This document shows positions 25,842 through 36,086 of a stretch of 39,329 bases of DNA, one piece after another. The notes beneath the pieces are model-generated. The model saw only the letters and a list, made by a program, of their open reading frames with translations, was not told where the DNA came from and did no database searches. Position 1 is the first letter of the stretch; the number at the start of each line of letters is the position of its first letter. This stretch comes from a virus (Duplodnaviria > Caudoviricetes). The stretch lies in the IMG/VR virus record IMGVR_UViG_3300033489_000027, positions 1-39,329 of that record; one strand, written 5' to 3'. The translations under genes were made by a program, and so were the position numbers.

Positions 25842-27472
25842 CAGATCAACCCTCCTTGTTCCCAGGCCACATCGAATCCGATCAATATCGTCTCAGCGTG
25901 ACATTCGCCCTTGAAGGCGATTGCGACATGAGAGCCAATTCCGACCGATCCATTGATGCTCTTTTTCGGCTCCAACCCCTCGGCCCAAAGGAACACGTCC
26001 CATACGGCCGTGTCCCAAAGGGCCTCGGTCGTAGCGCCAGCGATAACCGTCTCAGAGATGGCCGATTCATCAAAGTCATAGCGTGCGCGGGCTGTGTAGC
26101 CAGGCGTTGCGCCGTCGACGCGAAGAATCGGCCGGATAATCCGGACCTGTTTCCGGTTCGGATTGCCAAGGGATTGATAGGCGGAAAGGAAGGCGAATTC
26201 TACATCCGTTGCGCTCGCAATTGTACCGTCTCGGGAGATGTTGTCGTAGGCACCCGAGTTGACGCACAGCTTTCCGTCACTCGTGCCAAAGTACAGTTTT
26301 CCGTGCCAAACCTCGGAACATTCCATCGGAAGGCCATTGAACAGGGCCCAACCTTTTCCCGAAGAGGCGAGAGCCATGACAAACTGTTCATCGGCTTGTC
26401 CAGTCCATGCGGGAGTGTTGATCAGGAGCGCGTTTTCCTCGGGGTGGATACGAAGCTCCCAGCCACGGAGATGCTTGCGCTGCTCCATTGCGTCCGACAA
26501 AAGCGGCCCAATGTTCCGGGTTGTGTAGGTATCGGGCATGGCGATCTGCCCGCCGCCAAGGAGTTTGGATAGCGGAATGACACCGAGCACAGAGAGGAGA
26601 AGCACGTCCCCACCGAAGTCGGTCGCAATCTTGCGGCCCGCTGGAACACCGCCAATAAACCACATACCCTTCTGTGTGAAGGCGTCTGCGTCCGAAGGGT
26701 CAGTGCCGGCGTAGACCGACACATCGCCAGCGCGACTGACCGCCACGAGGTAGTCATCGACCCCTTGACCGCCGTCGATCGTCCAATTCCAGAGCCCTAC
26801 CAAAGGACCGCCGTAGCGGAACTTGTTGCCAAAATCGAACTTGGTCACGGTTCCAGTGACCTGGCCGACTGGTAGGTACCACATGTTCGCAGTGTCGCGC
26901 TCGACGAAGAGAAGCCGGCTCTTCCAGGCTGTTACAAAGGCGAGCTTTCGGGGATCGATACCATTGATCTCGCCCACACCCGCACCGGCTGCAATCAGGG
27001 ACCACGTATCCGTGCTTTCCGTGTATAGGACGTAGCCGTTCGACTCATCACAGTATGCGTAGAAATGGCCCGCAATCGTGACGAACGCGGTCCCGACTCC
27101 GTATCCCGAGGTCGCTCCAATCGTCGGGAAGGTGTAGACCTGCGATGGAGTGTCGGTCGACAACGTGCAGTCCCAGATCCCCGAAGTCGTGCAGGCGAAG
27201 AGTTTGTCCGTGCCGCCGTCATCCTCGGAGCCCGTGAACGACAGGATGGATCTCACGCTTTCGACAGGGCTTCCGAGGGCCGTGACCCAGTCCTGATAGC
27301 CAGCGCGGACTTTGAGGCCGTACTTCGAACCGATCATGTTGACCAGCGTCAAGCAGTCGGTGATCGGCATGTTCGACGCCGGATCGGCACGATTGATTCC
27401 ACCACTTGGCGCCGGTAGATGTCCAGACTGGAGTAGGTTCTGCCGGGGTCGCCTGAGAGCGACTGGGCTCAT
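25841..27472 (-). CDS. tail tubular / nozzle protein (P22 gp10 / T7 gp12-like position)
   Basis: 543 aa beta-rich; PAP.GGIN start; WDTAVWD near the C-terminus; follows the adaptor. Confidence 0.7.
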   Translation of the reverse strand: MSPVALRRPRQNLLQSGHLPAPSGGINRADPASNMPITDCLTLVNMIGSKYGLKVRAGYQDWVTALGSPVESVRSILSFTGSEDDGGTDKLFACTTSGIWDCTLSTDTPSQVYTFPTIGATSGYGVGTAFVTIAGHFYAYCDESNGYVLYTESTDTWSLIAAGAGVGEINGIDPRKLAFVTAWKSRLLFVERDTANMWYLPVGQVTGTVTKFDFGNKFRYGGPLVGLWNWTIDGGQGVDDYLVAVSRAGDVSVYAGTDPSDADAFTQKGMWFIGGVPAGRKIATDFGGDVLLLSVLGVIPLSKLLGGGQIAMPDTYTTRNIGPLLSDAMEQRKHLRGWELRIHPEENALLINTPAWTGQADEQFVMALASSGKGWALFNGLPMECSEVWHGKLYFGTSDGKLCVNSGAYDNISRDGTIASATDVEFAFLSAYQSLGNPNRKQVRIIRPILRVDGATPGYTARARYDFDESAISETVIAGATTEALWDTAVWDVFLWAEGLEPKKSINGSVGIGSHVAIAFKGECHAETILIGFDVAWEQGGLI

Positions 27473-28200
27473 GGACCGAACCCCGTGTCAGGGATGTTGG
27501 ACTCATCTAGGAAGCGATTCCCAGGAGCCCCCCGTCCGTCCAGGTAGAGCACTGGAGCCGGCGACATGTCGGCCTTGCATGACGCCATGATCCGGATGCG
27601 CTCGGCCAGCGCCGACTGGGTATCGAACCCGTTCGCTTCCTTCCACTTCAATTTGAGAGCCGCCACAAGCAGCGTCGGGTCAAACCAGAGGGTATCTGTG
27701 CCTGCCGTGGGTGCGTCGAGCGTCGGCGTAGTTTCGCCAGTCGGCATGACCCACGACCGCGACCGGTACTCGTACGCGATGACGAGGCCAACGGGCGCAG
27801 GCGTCGGGTACAGATAGAGCTTGTCCTGCCAAAACCGAGCGTAGACGCCCACGACCGATGCCATGTCGGTCGCCTGGACGTATTGCCACGTCTCTCCTGA
27901 GAGCGGTCCGCCCCAGGGCTCGTCATCGGTCCGATCCCAGCCGGTCTGCGCCACCATCGCGACGAAGTCGGACGGGAGATCGTAGATTCCGGTGTCCGGA
28001 GCGGCTGTCGTGAAGCTCTCCTCCTTCTGGAGATGGCTCCAGCGGTGTTCCCGGACGAGTTCACGACCGGCGTTCTTCAGGAGCCGCACCAACTGGATGA
28101 AAACCGGGTCAGTCGATGAAAACGGGTCCGTGACCGCCGCGAAACCGAGCTCGACGGCTGCATCATTGATGATCGTGAGCGCGGTTTCGTAGCGGGCCAT
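27469..28200 (-). CDS. head-to-tail adaptor protein
   Basis: TAL.II...A.ELG...W..LQKE...YDLPSDF...LYP.P pattern; synteny. Confidence 0.7.
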   Translation of the reverse strand: MARYETALTIINDAAVELGFAAVTDPFSSTDPVFIQLVRLLKNAGRELVREHRWSHLQKEESFTTAAPDTGIYDLPSDFVAMVAQTGWDRTDDEPWGGPLSGETWQYVQATDMASVVGVYARFWQDKLYLYPTPAPVGLVIAYEYRSRSWVMPTGETTPTLDAPTAGTDTLWFDPTLLVAALKLKWKEANGFDTQSALAERIRIMASCKADMSPAPVLYLDGRGAPGNRFLDESNIPDTGFGP

Positions 28201-28201
28201 G

Positions 28202-28759
28202 TCACTTCACCTTTTTCTGGAGTTCCTTGATCGCGTCCTGCATCGATTTCATCTGGATCTTCTGTTGCTCGATGAGGTTGTCCCGGAGCTGCAGATCCGC
28301 TTGCATTCTCTCGAGCGGTGCGTTCCCGGCCGCCGCCTCGAGGTAGACCTTGGCGGCCTTGCGGCGCTCGAGGTATCCGGGTCCCAGCTTCGAGATGTTG
28401 TCGTCGCTCATTTCGGCGAGCTGCTCGACCGTCTTGACCTTGAAGTGCACGAGTTCCTGGACCTGCGCCCCAGTCAGGCCAGGCCATTGCGAAAGCGGGG
28501 TACCATCTGCCGAGTCCTGATCTCTGCCGGCCAGGTAGGCTTCGTACTTCGCCGCGAACCTCTGGCGGTAGTGATCGTCGACCGGAACATCGATCTCTGT
28601 CGTCTTGTCGCCCGGCGTCCAGATGTGAATGAAGTCCACTTCCTTGAAGATCGGCCGGCCCGCTCGAGTAGTCGCCTCGTGGTCCTGCATTGGTCGACGG
28701 TCGAAGCGCACACCTAGCGCCCCGTCGCCCGGGTTCAACTTGGTTGCCGTCTGCTCCAT
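28202..28759 (-). CDS. conserved phage protein with helix-hairpin-helix-like segment
   Basis: GTPLSQWPGLT.AQVQEL....VKTVEQLAEMSD; lies between decoration and adaptor genes. Confidence 0.6.
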   Translation of the reverse strand: MEQTATKLNPGDGALGVRFDRRPMQDHEATTRAGRPIFKEVDFIHIWTPGDKTTEIDVPVDDHYRQRFAAKYEAYLAGRDQDSADGTPLSQWPGLTGAQVQELVHFKVKTVEQLAEMSDDNISKLGPGYLERRKAAKVYLEAAAGNAPLERMQADLQLRDNLIEQQKIQMKSMQDAIKELQKKVK

Positions 28760-28774
28760 CTCTGCTCCCTTCGG

Positions 28775-28801
28775 AAAGGGCCGCCCCTCTCGAGGCGGCC
28801 C
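28775..28801 (-). terminator. putative leaky intrinsic terminator after capsid genes
   Basis: gggccgcctc-GAGA-ggggcggccc stem followed by ttt on the minus strand. Confidence 0.5.
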
Positions 28802-28810
28802 GGTTCACTG

Positions 28811-29335
28811 CTACGCCACGTTGACGCCAATCCACGGGTGGTCGAGTTCGATCTCAAAGAACCCGGTTGACGGGGTATCGAGCGCCGACGCCGTCTTCGC
28901 ACCGACGATCTGTTGCCCACCGGTTCCCGAATCATCGACCGTTCCAGCCGTCGCGGTCGGGAAAACCTTCGCGCCATCGGCCAGGCTGGCCGCTCCGAGT
29001 GCAACACCCTTCCCTCGGACCTGGTACCAACCATACTGATCGGCCACATTGATGCTCATGGCGACCGCTACCGGCCCGATCAGGGTGTCGGCAACATCGC
29101 TGTCGAGCAATGCGGTCGTACCCTCGTCTTCGTTGAACTGCACAACCGAGCCGACTACCGTGCTCGCCACACCCTTGAGATAGACGAACTCGCCGATCCC
29201 GTAGGTCGCGTCCTCCGCCACAACCCTCGAACCGAGCGGCCAGGGCGGATAGACCGTTCCTTCCCGGGTAATACCGACGACCGTGTCCGCGATTGCCTGC
29301 AACCCGAGGATTCCACTCTTGTGCTTGAATGCCAT
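28811..29335 (-). CDS. capsid decoration / cement protein
   Basis: Directly after MCP; GEFVYLKG...AVAM...QYGWYQV.G; AAGGAGGT RBS. Confidence 0.6.
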   Translation of the reverse strand: MAFKHKSGILGLQAIADTVVGITREGTVYPPWPLGSRVVAEDATYGIGEFVYLKGVASTVVGSVVQFNEDEGTTALLDSDVADTLIGPVAVAMSINVADQYGWYQVRGKGVALGAASLADGAKVFPTATAGTVDDSGTGGQQIVGAKTASALDTPSTGFFEIELDHPWIGVNVA

Positions 29336-29354
29336 GTCGATTTGACCTCCTTTC

Positions 29355-30320
29355 CTAGCTCCAGTACATGCGACCGTGGTTGCGGCTCGCGTTCATCGTG
29401 AGATTGCCCGCCCAGAAGAGGAACTTCACGCGCGCATCCTGGTCGATTGCGACACGATCGCCCGACATCGAGACCATGTTCCGGTCTTTGTGCGGACGCA
29501 GGAAGATGTGGTTGGTGTTCAGGAAGAACATCGTCTTCGAGGTACACGCGCCACCCATTCCGCCGTCGAGAACCACATCGGCGTTGCCGCCCATGTACTT
29601 CACGGACTGGAAACCAAGAGAGGCAAGCTTCGGATCGGTGATCCGCTGAATCGCCTGCAAGGATTCCAGATAGACCGCGAACCCGGCATTCTCCATCACG
29701 ATCAGGTCAGGAGCATCGGCCCCGTTGACGAGCTGGAGATAGACCGCGTTCATGAGGCCCTGGACCGTCGAGCTGGTAGGTGCCGTGGGGTTGGAAACGA
29801 TCGACTGCCAGAAACTCCAGGTTGCCCGGTTGATCCCGCCATAGGTGCCGCTCGTGGGGGTAATCGGGACCGCCGCGGCAAGTCCGGTGATTTGCTTTCC
29901 GCCTGTGCCTGTGCCGTCCGAATACAGACCGGTCGACATGTTGTTTTTCATCGTGTCTTCGGCGTTCTTCACGCGCGCGGCGATGAGGTCGATCATCTTC
30001 TCCTTGCCAGAGTTCCGAAGCTCATCGAGACCGGAAATCGACACCGCAACAGCCGCCTGCTTCCAGGCGTACTCCGCGTAGTCGAGCACCTCAGAAGGAG
30101 AAATGTCGAGCTTGTCGTAACCGCTGTACCACTGGAACGTCCCGTTCTCAGCGAACGAGAGCTCTTCGACGATCGATGTTCCGCCGTCTGCGGTACGGAT
30201 GTTGTCTCGCTCACTCAAGCGCGTGAGCAGCGCGGAGTTCTTTGTTACGTTGTCCGCAATCTTCCGACTGCGGTTGGCGATCGTGGTTGCCACGATCTCG
30301 CCGACGTTCGGCACTGCCAT
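29355..30320 (-). CDS. major capsid protein
   Basis: 321 aa after scaffold; ATTI.NRS.KIADNV..N.ALL..L, Y.GY..L, WKQAAV.V.ISG.....NSG, LY.DGTG, WAGNLT motifs. Confidence 0.85.
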   Translation of the reverse strand: MAVPNVGEIVATTIANRSRKIADNVTKNSALLTRLSERDNIRTADGGTSIVEELSFAENGTFQWYSGYDKLDISPSEVLDYAEYAWKQAAVAVSISGLDELRNSGKEKMIDLIAARVKNAEDTMKNNMSTGLYSDGTGTGGKQITGLAAAVPITPTSGTYGGINRATWSFWQSIVSNPTAPTSSTVQGLMNAVYLQLVNGADAPDLIVMENAGFAVYLESLQAIQRITDPKLASLGFQSVKYMGGNADVVLDGGMGGACTSKTMFFLNTNHIFLRPHKDRNMVSMSGDRVAIDQDARVKFLFWAGNLTMNASRNHGRMYWS

Positions 30321-30440
30321 AGGTCACCTCGCAAGTAGTCCTTTCGGCTCTTTGCGCGTGGGCAACCCAATGTCGCTCGCTTCACGCCCCGCCGATCTGG
30401 GCTTCCTGGAGGTGGGCTCGCTTCGAGCTCCGTCCGTCTG

Positions 30441-31559
30441 CTATGTTTCGTGCTGCGCGTACAGTGCCGCAACCTCGTCTCTGATGGACTTTGGTTCCCC
30501 GGTGTGCGTGTTGCCGGCCGGAGTGGACCGCACGCTTGACGCTGCTACCCTCGCCCGCTGCGTGGCCGTTCCTCCGGTCGCTTGGGCTTTTGCTGCCTTC
30601 CTTTGTGCCACGATCTGAGCAATCTCAGGGTTCATGGCTACGGCACGAGCATACACCTCTTCGAGGTCCGGTTCAAGTTCCGGATTTCGACGCCCCATCG
30701 CCTCAAGGACGAGCTGAAAATCCTCGGACACGTCGTCAAAGAACTCGTGATCGCCTGCGAATTTGTCGATTGTGGTGGTGGCCTTCGTGATCAGCTTCCG
30801 GTTCTGGTACTCTTCGGCCTGCGCGACCCGTGCCTTGAGCGCCCGATCTACCATCTCTTCGACGTTCACGGGATGGCCACCGCCAACTTGAGGCATCGGT
30901 TGGCCGTCTAGCGCCGCCGCCACAGCTTCGACAGGGACACCCCATTGCCGAATCGTACGAGCGACGATCTGGGCTCTCTGTAGGGGCGATCCTTGGCGCA
31001 TGATGACCGACTCTCGTAGCAGGCTCTCTACAGCCTGTAGCGGCTGAGCTCCTTCGGCCCGAATCATTGCCTCGAAGGGCTGGACCACTCTCTGAAACGC
31101 GGCATATCCCTTTCTGGCCTCGGCCGTCTCAGAGAGGGTCCGGCTCATGTCGTGCTCGCGCCGTAGGGTCTCTTGCTGGACCTCAGGAGGCAACGCGGCC
31201 CACTTCTCTCTAGCGGCCGGCTTCCATGACGCGGGCGCCTTCAAGGTAGCTACGGCGGGCGCGGCCTTCTCTGGAGCCTTCTCTTCCGGAACGATTTCCG
31301 CTTCCGGTTTGGCGACTGATCCTTTGCCGAGGTTGACCGGTGTACTGCCGATCGGCACTGGCGGCGCGCGCCCGGGCGCGAATCGGCCTTTGGTATCGCG
31401 ACCTGCCGGCGCTTTGGGGGTCTCGACCGCTGGCGCGGCAACCTCGCTCGACGGCGCAACCTCCGCCGACGAACCCGAATCCGACCCTGTATCTGCCGGA
31501 CCTTCCATTGCCGCCATCACGTCGTCTCGAACGCTACTCTCTGCTCCCACGTCGTCCAT
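30441..31559 (-). CDS. capsid scaffolding protein
   Basis: Acidic/Pro-rich disordered N-terminus, RD..GRFA, AP.SWK....W..LP..VQ....RRE; precedes MCP. Confidence 0.7.
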   Translation of the reverse strand: MDDVGAESSVRDDVMAAMEGPADTGSDSGSSAEVAPSSEVAAPAVETPKAPAGRDTKGRFAPGRAPPVPIGSTPVNLGKGSVAKPEAEIVPEEKAPEKAAPAVATLKAPASWKPAAREKWAALPPEVQQETLRREHDMSRTLSETAEARKGYAAFQRVVQPFEAMIRAEGAQPLQAVESLLRESVIMRQGSPLQRAQIVARTIRQWGVPVEAVAAALDGQPMPQVGGGHPVNVEEMVDRALKARVAQAEEYQNRKLITKATTTIDKFAGDHEFFDDVSEDFQLVLEAMGRRNPELEPDLEEVYARAVAMNPEIAQIVAQRKAAKAQATGGTATQRARVAASSVRSTPAGNTHTGEPKSIRDEVAALYAQHET

Positions 31560-31568
31560 GTCTGCTCC

Positions 31569-31766
31569 TTACTGGCCTTTTTCCCAGTTTTCGTCCATCA
31601 TCCGTTGCCGCTTCCGGTATGCCATCAACCCTTCGCGTCCAGAGACCGCCTCCGGGAGCGCCTTGTTGATTTCCTCGGCGACATCCTTGTCAGCCTCAAC
31701 CTCTTCCGGCTCCCCACGGCTCTTGATCGCCTTCAGAATGGCCTCAATCGTCGACATCACTCCCAT
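31569..31766 (-). CDS. hypothetical protein
   Basis: Tight operon packing. Confidence 0.55.
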   Translation of the reverse strand: MGVMSTIEAILKAIKSRGEPEEVEADKDVAEEINKALPEAVSGREGLMAYRKRQRMMDENWEKGQ

Positions 31767-31769
31767 GAC

Positions 31770-32177
31770 CTATCTCCTTTTCTCTTTCTCGTACCAGGTC
31801 CGGCCAACCGTTTCCCGGATCTCCTTGGCCGCCTCGCGCTCTTCGGTAGCTCGGACCTTCTGACGAAAGTCGTCCGAAAAGTCGCCCGCAAGCGCCAGTC
31901 CAGTCCGCTTCAAGTACTCACGGTGCCGGCGCCGGGTATCGATCGGCGTGCCGTCAGGAGCCACAGCGCCTTCATAGTGCGAATCACCAACCACCATGAC
32001 TCGGCCATCTTCGACCGGTTCCGAGTACTGATCGGCTGGAATGAGCCCTTGGCCCTCGACGTAGATCCACCGGCCCCGCTCGGCCGGCCGGTCCCCGAAA
32101 GCGCGCTCATATCCCGCCTCAAAGTCGGCCGTATTCGCCTGGGACACTACGGGTTCACCTGCGGCTGTGCCTCTCAT
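31770..32177 (-). CDS. conserved phage protein between portal and scaffold
   Basis: PDGTPIDTRRRHREYLKRTG motif; ATGA overlap. Confidence 0.65.
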   Translation of the reverse strand: MRGTAAGEPVVSQANTADFEAGYERAFGDRPAERGRWIYVEGQGLIPADQYSEPVEDGRVMVVGDSHYEGAVAPDGTPIDTRRRHREYLKRTGLALAGDFSDDFRQKVRATEEREAAKEIRETVGRTWYEKEKRR

Positions 32178-34138
32178 GGCATACCTCCCGGCCCCGGAAG
32201 AGGTGGCGGCGGAAGCCTCGGAGCGAATGCCGCTTGAGCTCGCTGCTCGATTACCTTCCCCTCAGTCTTCTTCTGTTCAAGTGCCAGATCGCCCTGAATC
32301 TCCAGTTTTGTCTTCGCTATCCCGGCATCCAACTTCATTTTCTCGACCTGCATGCGCGGGTCAGGCTTCGGACCCTGTTGCTGCGCTTGCTGTTGCGCCT
32401 TCTCGGCCTCGGCGAGCGCCTTATCGAAGGCCCCTTCGATCCCGCTCGACCCCTTGAGGCTCGCGCTCACCCACTTCAACACCTCCAAGACGAGCTTGAT
32501 ACCTCCCGGAACGGCCTGGGCAACCGGCTGAAGGGCCTGCAGGGTCCCGCCCAGCATCTTCGCGTACTCGGTTCGCTCCTGAGTGAGCGCCGTCATGTCG
32601 GCGAGCGATACCGAGTCGGGGTCGACTGTGATCCGGTACTCGTTTCCCTTCTCTTTCAGGAATTGCACGGCCTGCATTGCCAATGGAGCGTCCGGAGTCG
32701 CCTGGATGTTGCTCCTCTTGATGATCGTCTCAGGGTCGAATAGGTTGCAGATAATCTGGTATTTGATCCGCTGCAAATCGCCCGCAAATTTGGCGAACCG
32801 TTGCTGAAACGACTGGACCCGCACGCCGGCAAATCGCGCCTTGATGGCCTGCTCTGTCGCCGTAGCGCCCGCCTGCGCCGCGCCGCGCATGATGTCGCTC
32901 ATGCCGGTCACCTGGTAGAGCAAATTCATCTTCTCGGATAGCTTCTGAGAGAGCTTGTCGATTGCGGCAACGATCTGATCGAGGGGGAGCCACGATACGG
33001 CGCCCGCTACCCCTCCACGCTCCGCAAACGCAGCCCAATTCTCGACCGGGATCATCTTGTTCTCGCCGCCACCCTCAACCATGCTCTGCAATTCCCCGCA
33101 CGATTGGTCGTACGCGCCCGAAACCTTGATGCTATCCTCCAGGTTGGCGATACGCCGCGCAAGGATGTTGCAGTCCTCGTACATTTCGCGTGCAATCTCG
33201 TAGTCTGTCTTGGGAACGAATTGCTTGCTTGTGAGGTTGCCCGCCAATGGCTGCGGGAAGGGCCAGAAACCTGGAAGCTGCAAAGGGTCGTCTTTCGAGT
33301 CGAGGATCTGATCGAAGCCCTCGACGAACCACCACACCTTTTTGTGCTCCTTGTCCCAGATCTCCCACACCTCTGCACGGTTCCATGGACTCGGTGGCGC
33401 CGAACCGTCCTCTTTGTCGTCTCCCTTCGCGTTCAGCGGCACCTTCCCGCCGATGTCTTCGCCGAACCGCTCCACGAGCGCATCCCGAACCATATACGCT
33501 CGGTGTGCCCACCACCTGAGATCATGGAATCGTCGGCACGGGCTCCATAGCTGATCGTCCCAATTGATGTGGTCGATCTCCACGTCCTCGAATGTCTTGA
33601 CTTCTTTGGTCACCTCAGGCGCCAGTTCGGTCGGATCGCCAGTCACGGGATCAGGCGGACCCGGAATAGCTGCTGTCACCTGCGTCTCGAACTCAGCCAC
33701 ATAACGGCACCGTGCGAAGCCCCACGAGGCGAGCAGGCGATCCTGCAGGCACAATCCGAGCGCCGTCGTGTATCCGTCGTCCTCGCGCTCTATGTCCGTA
33801 TTGAGCAGGCGCTCTGCCATCTCGCCAGCCACACGCGCTACATCATCATTCGCATCAGCGAACCGGCGCTTGACTAGTGCCGCGGGTGGAGCTCCATACA
33901 GGAGTGCGTCGAGCGTGTTGATGTTTGCGTAGTACAAGTTGAGGTGCGTCTTCTCGCCCATCTTGCCGGTGTCCTTTTCCTTGAGGAACACCGCGATCGA
34001 GCGTTTCGCCTCCTCATGCCAATCGGTGACGTACTTCTTGGCCGCCGAAAACTCAACCGTCCAGCGCTGCGCCCAGCCGCGCGGAGTGTCCGCGTACTCG
34101 TCTTCGGTCTCAATCTTTGTGTTCGGTTGGTCGGACAT
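32174..34138 (-). CDS. portal protein
   Basis: 654 aa after terL; N..YAN......LY...P...V.RRF.D, GFWPFPQPL, YQVTGMSDIMRG...TATEQ.IK motifs; start chosen at MSDQ (uncertain). Confidence 0.85.
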   Translation of the reverse strand: MSDQPNTKIETEDEYADTPRGWAQRWTVEFSAAKKYVTDWHEEAKRSIAVFLKEKDTGKMGEKTHLNLYYANINTLDALLYGAPPAALVKRRFADANDDVARVAGEMAERLLNTDIEREDDGYTTALGLCLQDRLLASWGFARCRYVAEFETQVTAAIPGPPDPVTGDPTELAPEVTKEVKTFEDVEIDHINWDDQLWSPCRRFHDLRWWAHRAYMVRDALVERFGEDIGGKVPLNAKGDDKEDGSAPPSPWNRAEVWEIWDKEHKKVWWFVEGFDQILDSKDDPLQLPGFWPFPQPLAGNLTSKQFVPKTDYEIAREMYEDCNILARRIANLEDSIKVSGAYDQSCGELQSMVEGGGENKMIPVENWAAFAERGGVAGAVSWLPLDQIVAAIDKLSQKLSEKMNLLYQVTGMSDIMRGAAQAGATATEQAIKARFAGVRVQSFQQRFAKFAGDLQRIKYQIICNLFDPETIIKRSNIQATPDAPLAMQAVQFLKEKGNEYRITVDPDSVSLADMTALTQERTEYAKMLGGTLQALQPVAQAVPGGIKLVLEVLKWVSASLKGSSGIEGAFDKALAEAEKAQQQAQQQGPKPDPRMQVEKMKLDAGIAKTKLEIQGDLALEQKKTEGKVIEQRAQAAFAPRLPPPPLPGPGGMP

Positions 34139-34302
34139 AGGTTGGCTCGTTTTTTTGGGACTTGAGGCTCTGAAATGCTGCTTCAAATATCTGTTGTTTC
34201 GTGATGATGATGGGGACCACATAGCGTTTCCACCACGGAACACTGTAACTAATCCGCCTTCGGAGTGCCGCCCTACGCTGTTTTGTCGATCGACACCACA
34301 TC

Positions 34303-35781
34303 TCAAATCCTCCGCCTATCTCGATCCTGAATCTTCAGGAGTTGGTCCAGCGTCGGCCGCTCGATGACGATGCGCCGCGTGATCCCCTTCGAACGCAGCA
34401 CCGATCCCGCCTCGGGGTCCGGCTGCACGCGCTCACGGGTCAGGAGCTCTGTAGCCCGCGCCACGATCGCCAGATACCGCCACGCATCAGCCCCGTGCGA
34501 GCTCCAATCGTGCTCCGGAGTGCGATCGTAGACCTTCGCCACATCATCCCAACAGTAATGGTACGAGCGGAGCGCCTCAACCCCAGGCGAACAGCGAGGA
34601 TGGATGCGGGTCGGTTGTTCTAGGAGCCACCGACCGGCCTGGATGCCGTCCATGAGCGACACAGACGGCGTCACCTTCACGTGCGCGGCTCCGTACTCCT
34701 TGATCAGCCCTTCCTGGACGGTCGACCCCGTGAGGAGCGTCCGGGCTCGCGCGTCGTGCGGAATCCAGTGCTTCGCGTATTCGTAGCCCTTGGACGCCAG
34801 CACGTCGACGAAATGGCTGAGCGGCTGTCCGTGCTCCTCGTAGTAGTCGATCACGTCGATCGCGCGGCCGGCGCCAATACGCCAAAACCAGATCGCCGTT
34901 GCGTCACTGATACCGAGATCCCAGCTTGTGAACACACCGTCAGTCGGGTGCTCGAACTCCTCGAGGCCACCGCGCGCTGCGAGCGCCTCGAGGACTGGAC
35001 CCCAGATGCTTCCCTCGTCCGCGTCCGGATACCCGCCGTCGACGTAACTCTTGACCCAGTCGCTATCCTTGCCGATCAGAAGCCGGTCGTAGTAGCCCGG
35101 CTCGAGATTCTCCAGATTCTCGGCCTCCCGACTGCGCCCAGATGGTTGCTCAAACAGCTCGTAGTGCGCCCAATGCTCGCGCGGTAGTTTGAACGCCTTC
35201 CCATCGGACCCCAATACCTCATGGAGTGAGAACAGCCTGTATCCCCAATGCGGTTTGGCCCACGGGTTGCTGTCTGTGAATACGCCCGCCCATGTGCATC
35301 CACCATCCACGCGCGCGGGATAGCGACCAACGCGGCCTTCGAGCGCGTCGAAGATAGCTTTTGGCACCTCACGTCCCTCGTTGACCCAAGCGCCCGTGAG
35401 CTCGAGTGAGAGCAGGTTCTTGATGTCGGCCGGCCGGTCAAGCGCGCGGAACAGCACCTCGGCCCGAACGTCGCCGAAGGCCATGTCGAAGCGGAACGCC
35501 TGCTCATGCCACGTCCCAAGTTCGGACGGCACCCATTGCTCGAACGTCTTGCGGGTCGTGTCCCTTAACTGCGGGTACGTGTTCCTGATCACTCCCCACC
35601 GCGTGCGCCGCTTGCCGTCCCTGCCTGGTCTCTGCTCGCTCGCGCGCCTGAGGGTCTCTATGACGCAGCCACTTGACTTCCCTGACCCGAACGGCCCTAT
35701 CAACGCCCGGAACCGCGCGTTCGAACCAAGGAACCGCCCGATTGTCGGTGAGGCCTCGTAGTTGACGGCCAGATCGGGCAC
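34303..35781 (-). CDS. terL: terminase large subunit
   Basis: Walker A GPFGSGKS, IRNTYPQL, WVNE, nuclease motifs WDLGISD and HGADAWRY; GTG start overlaps upstream TAG. Confidence 0.92.
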   Translation of the reverse strand: MPDLAVNYEASPTIGRFLGSNARFRALIGPFGSGKSSGCVIETLRRASEQRPGRDGKRRTRWGVIRNTYPQLRDTTRKTFEQWVPSELGTWHEQAFRFDMAFGDVRAEVLFRALDRPADIKNLLSLELTGAWVNEGREVPKAIFDALEGRVGRYPARVDGGCTWAGVFTDSNPWAKPHWGYRLFSLHEVLGSDGKAFKLPREHWAHYELFEQPSGRSREAENLENLEPGYYDRLLIGKDSDWVKSYVDGGYPDADEGSIWGPVLEALAARGGLEEFEHPTDGVFTSWDLGISDATAIWFWRIGAGRAIDVIDYYEEHGQPLSHFVDVLASKGYEYAKHWIPHDARARTLLTGSTVQEGLIKEYGAAHVKVTPSVSLMDGIQAGRWLLEQPTRIHPRCSPGVEALRSYHYCWDDVAKVYDRTPEHDWSSHGADAWRYLAIVARATELLTRERVQPDPEAGSVLRSKGITRRIVIERPTLDQLLKIQDRDRRRI

Positions 35782-36086
35782 TAAATCCTCACTTTGACCG
35801 CCGTTGGGTTTTGCGCAATCAACCGGCATTGACAGCGACGATCGAACTCGTCCGCCGTCACCATCTCGCCAGTGTAGTCGTCGAGGATTGTTCGCGGCTC
35901 TTTTGACGCCCACAGACCGACTTCGCCTGTTTCATAGTTCACTTCCAGGTGTCTCTTGGGGGTCTCGGCGGTCCATACTTCCGCGACGAAATGGTCCCAG
36001 TTACCCCGCGTCCATGCGCTCGACACCGGACACCCAAGGATTTCGGCGATCCTGCGCTCCTTTTTTAGCCCCAAGCGCTGTTTCAT
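35781..36086 (-). CDS. hypothetical protein
   Basis: Coupled between neighbours. Confidence 0.55.
   Translation of the reverse strand: MKQRLGLKKERRIAEILGCPVSSAWTRGNWDHFVAEVWTAETPKRHLEVNYETGEVGLWASKEPRTILDDYTGEMVTADEFDRRCQCRLIAQNPTAVKVRI

Noticed and set aside
29376-30338. Long antisense ORFs over the capsid gene and others (for example 6743-7981, 5644-6036)
   Set aside because: Shadow frames expected in GC-rich coding DNA and stop-free repeats
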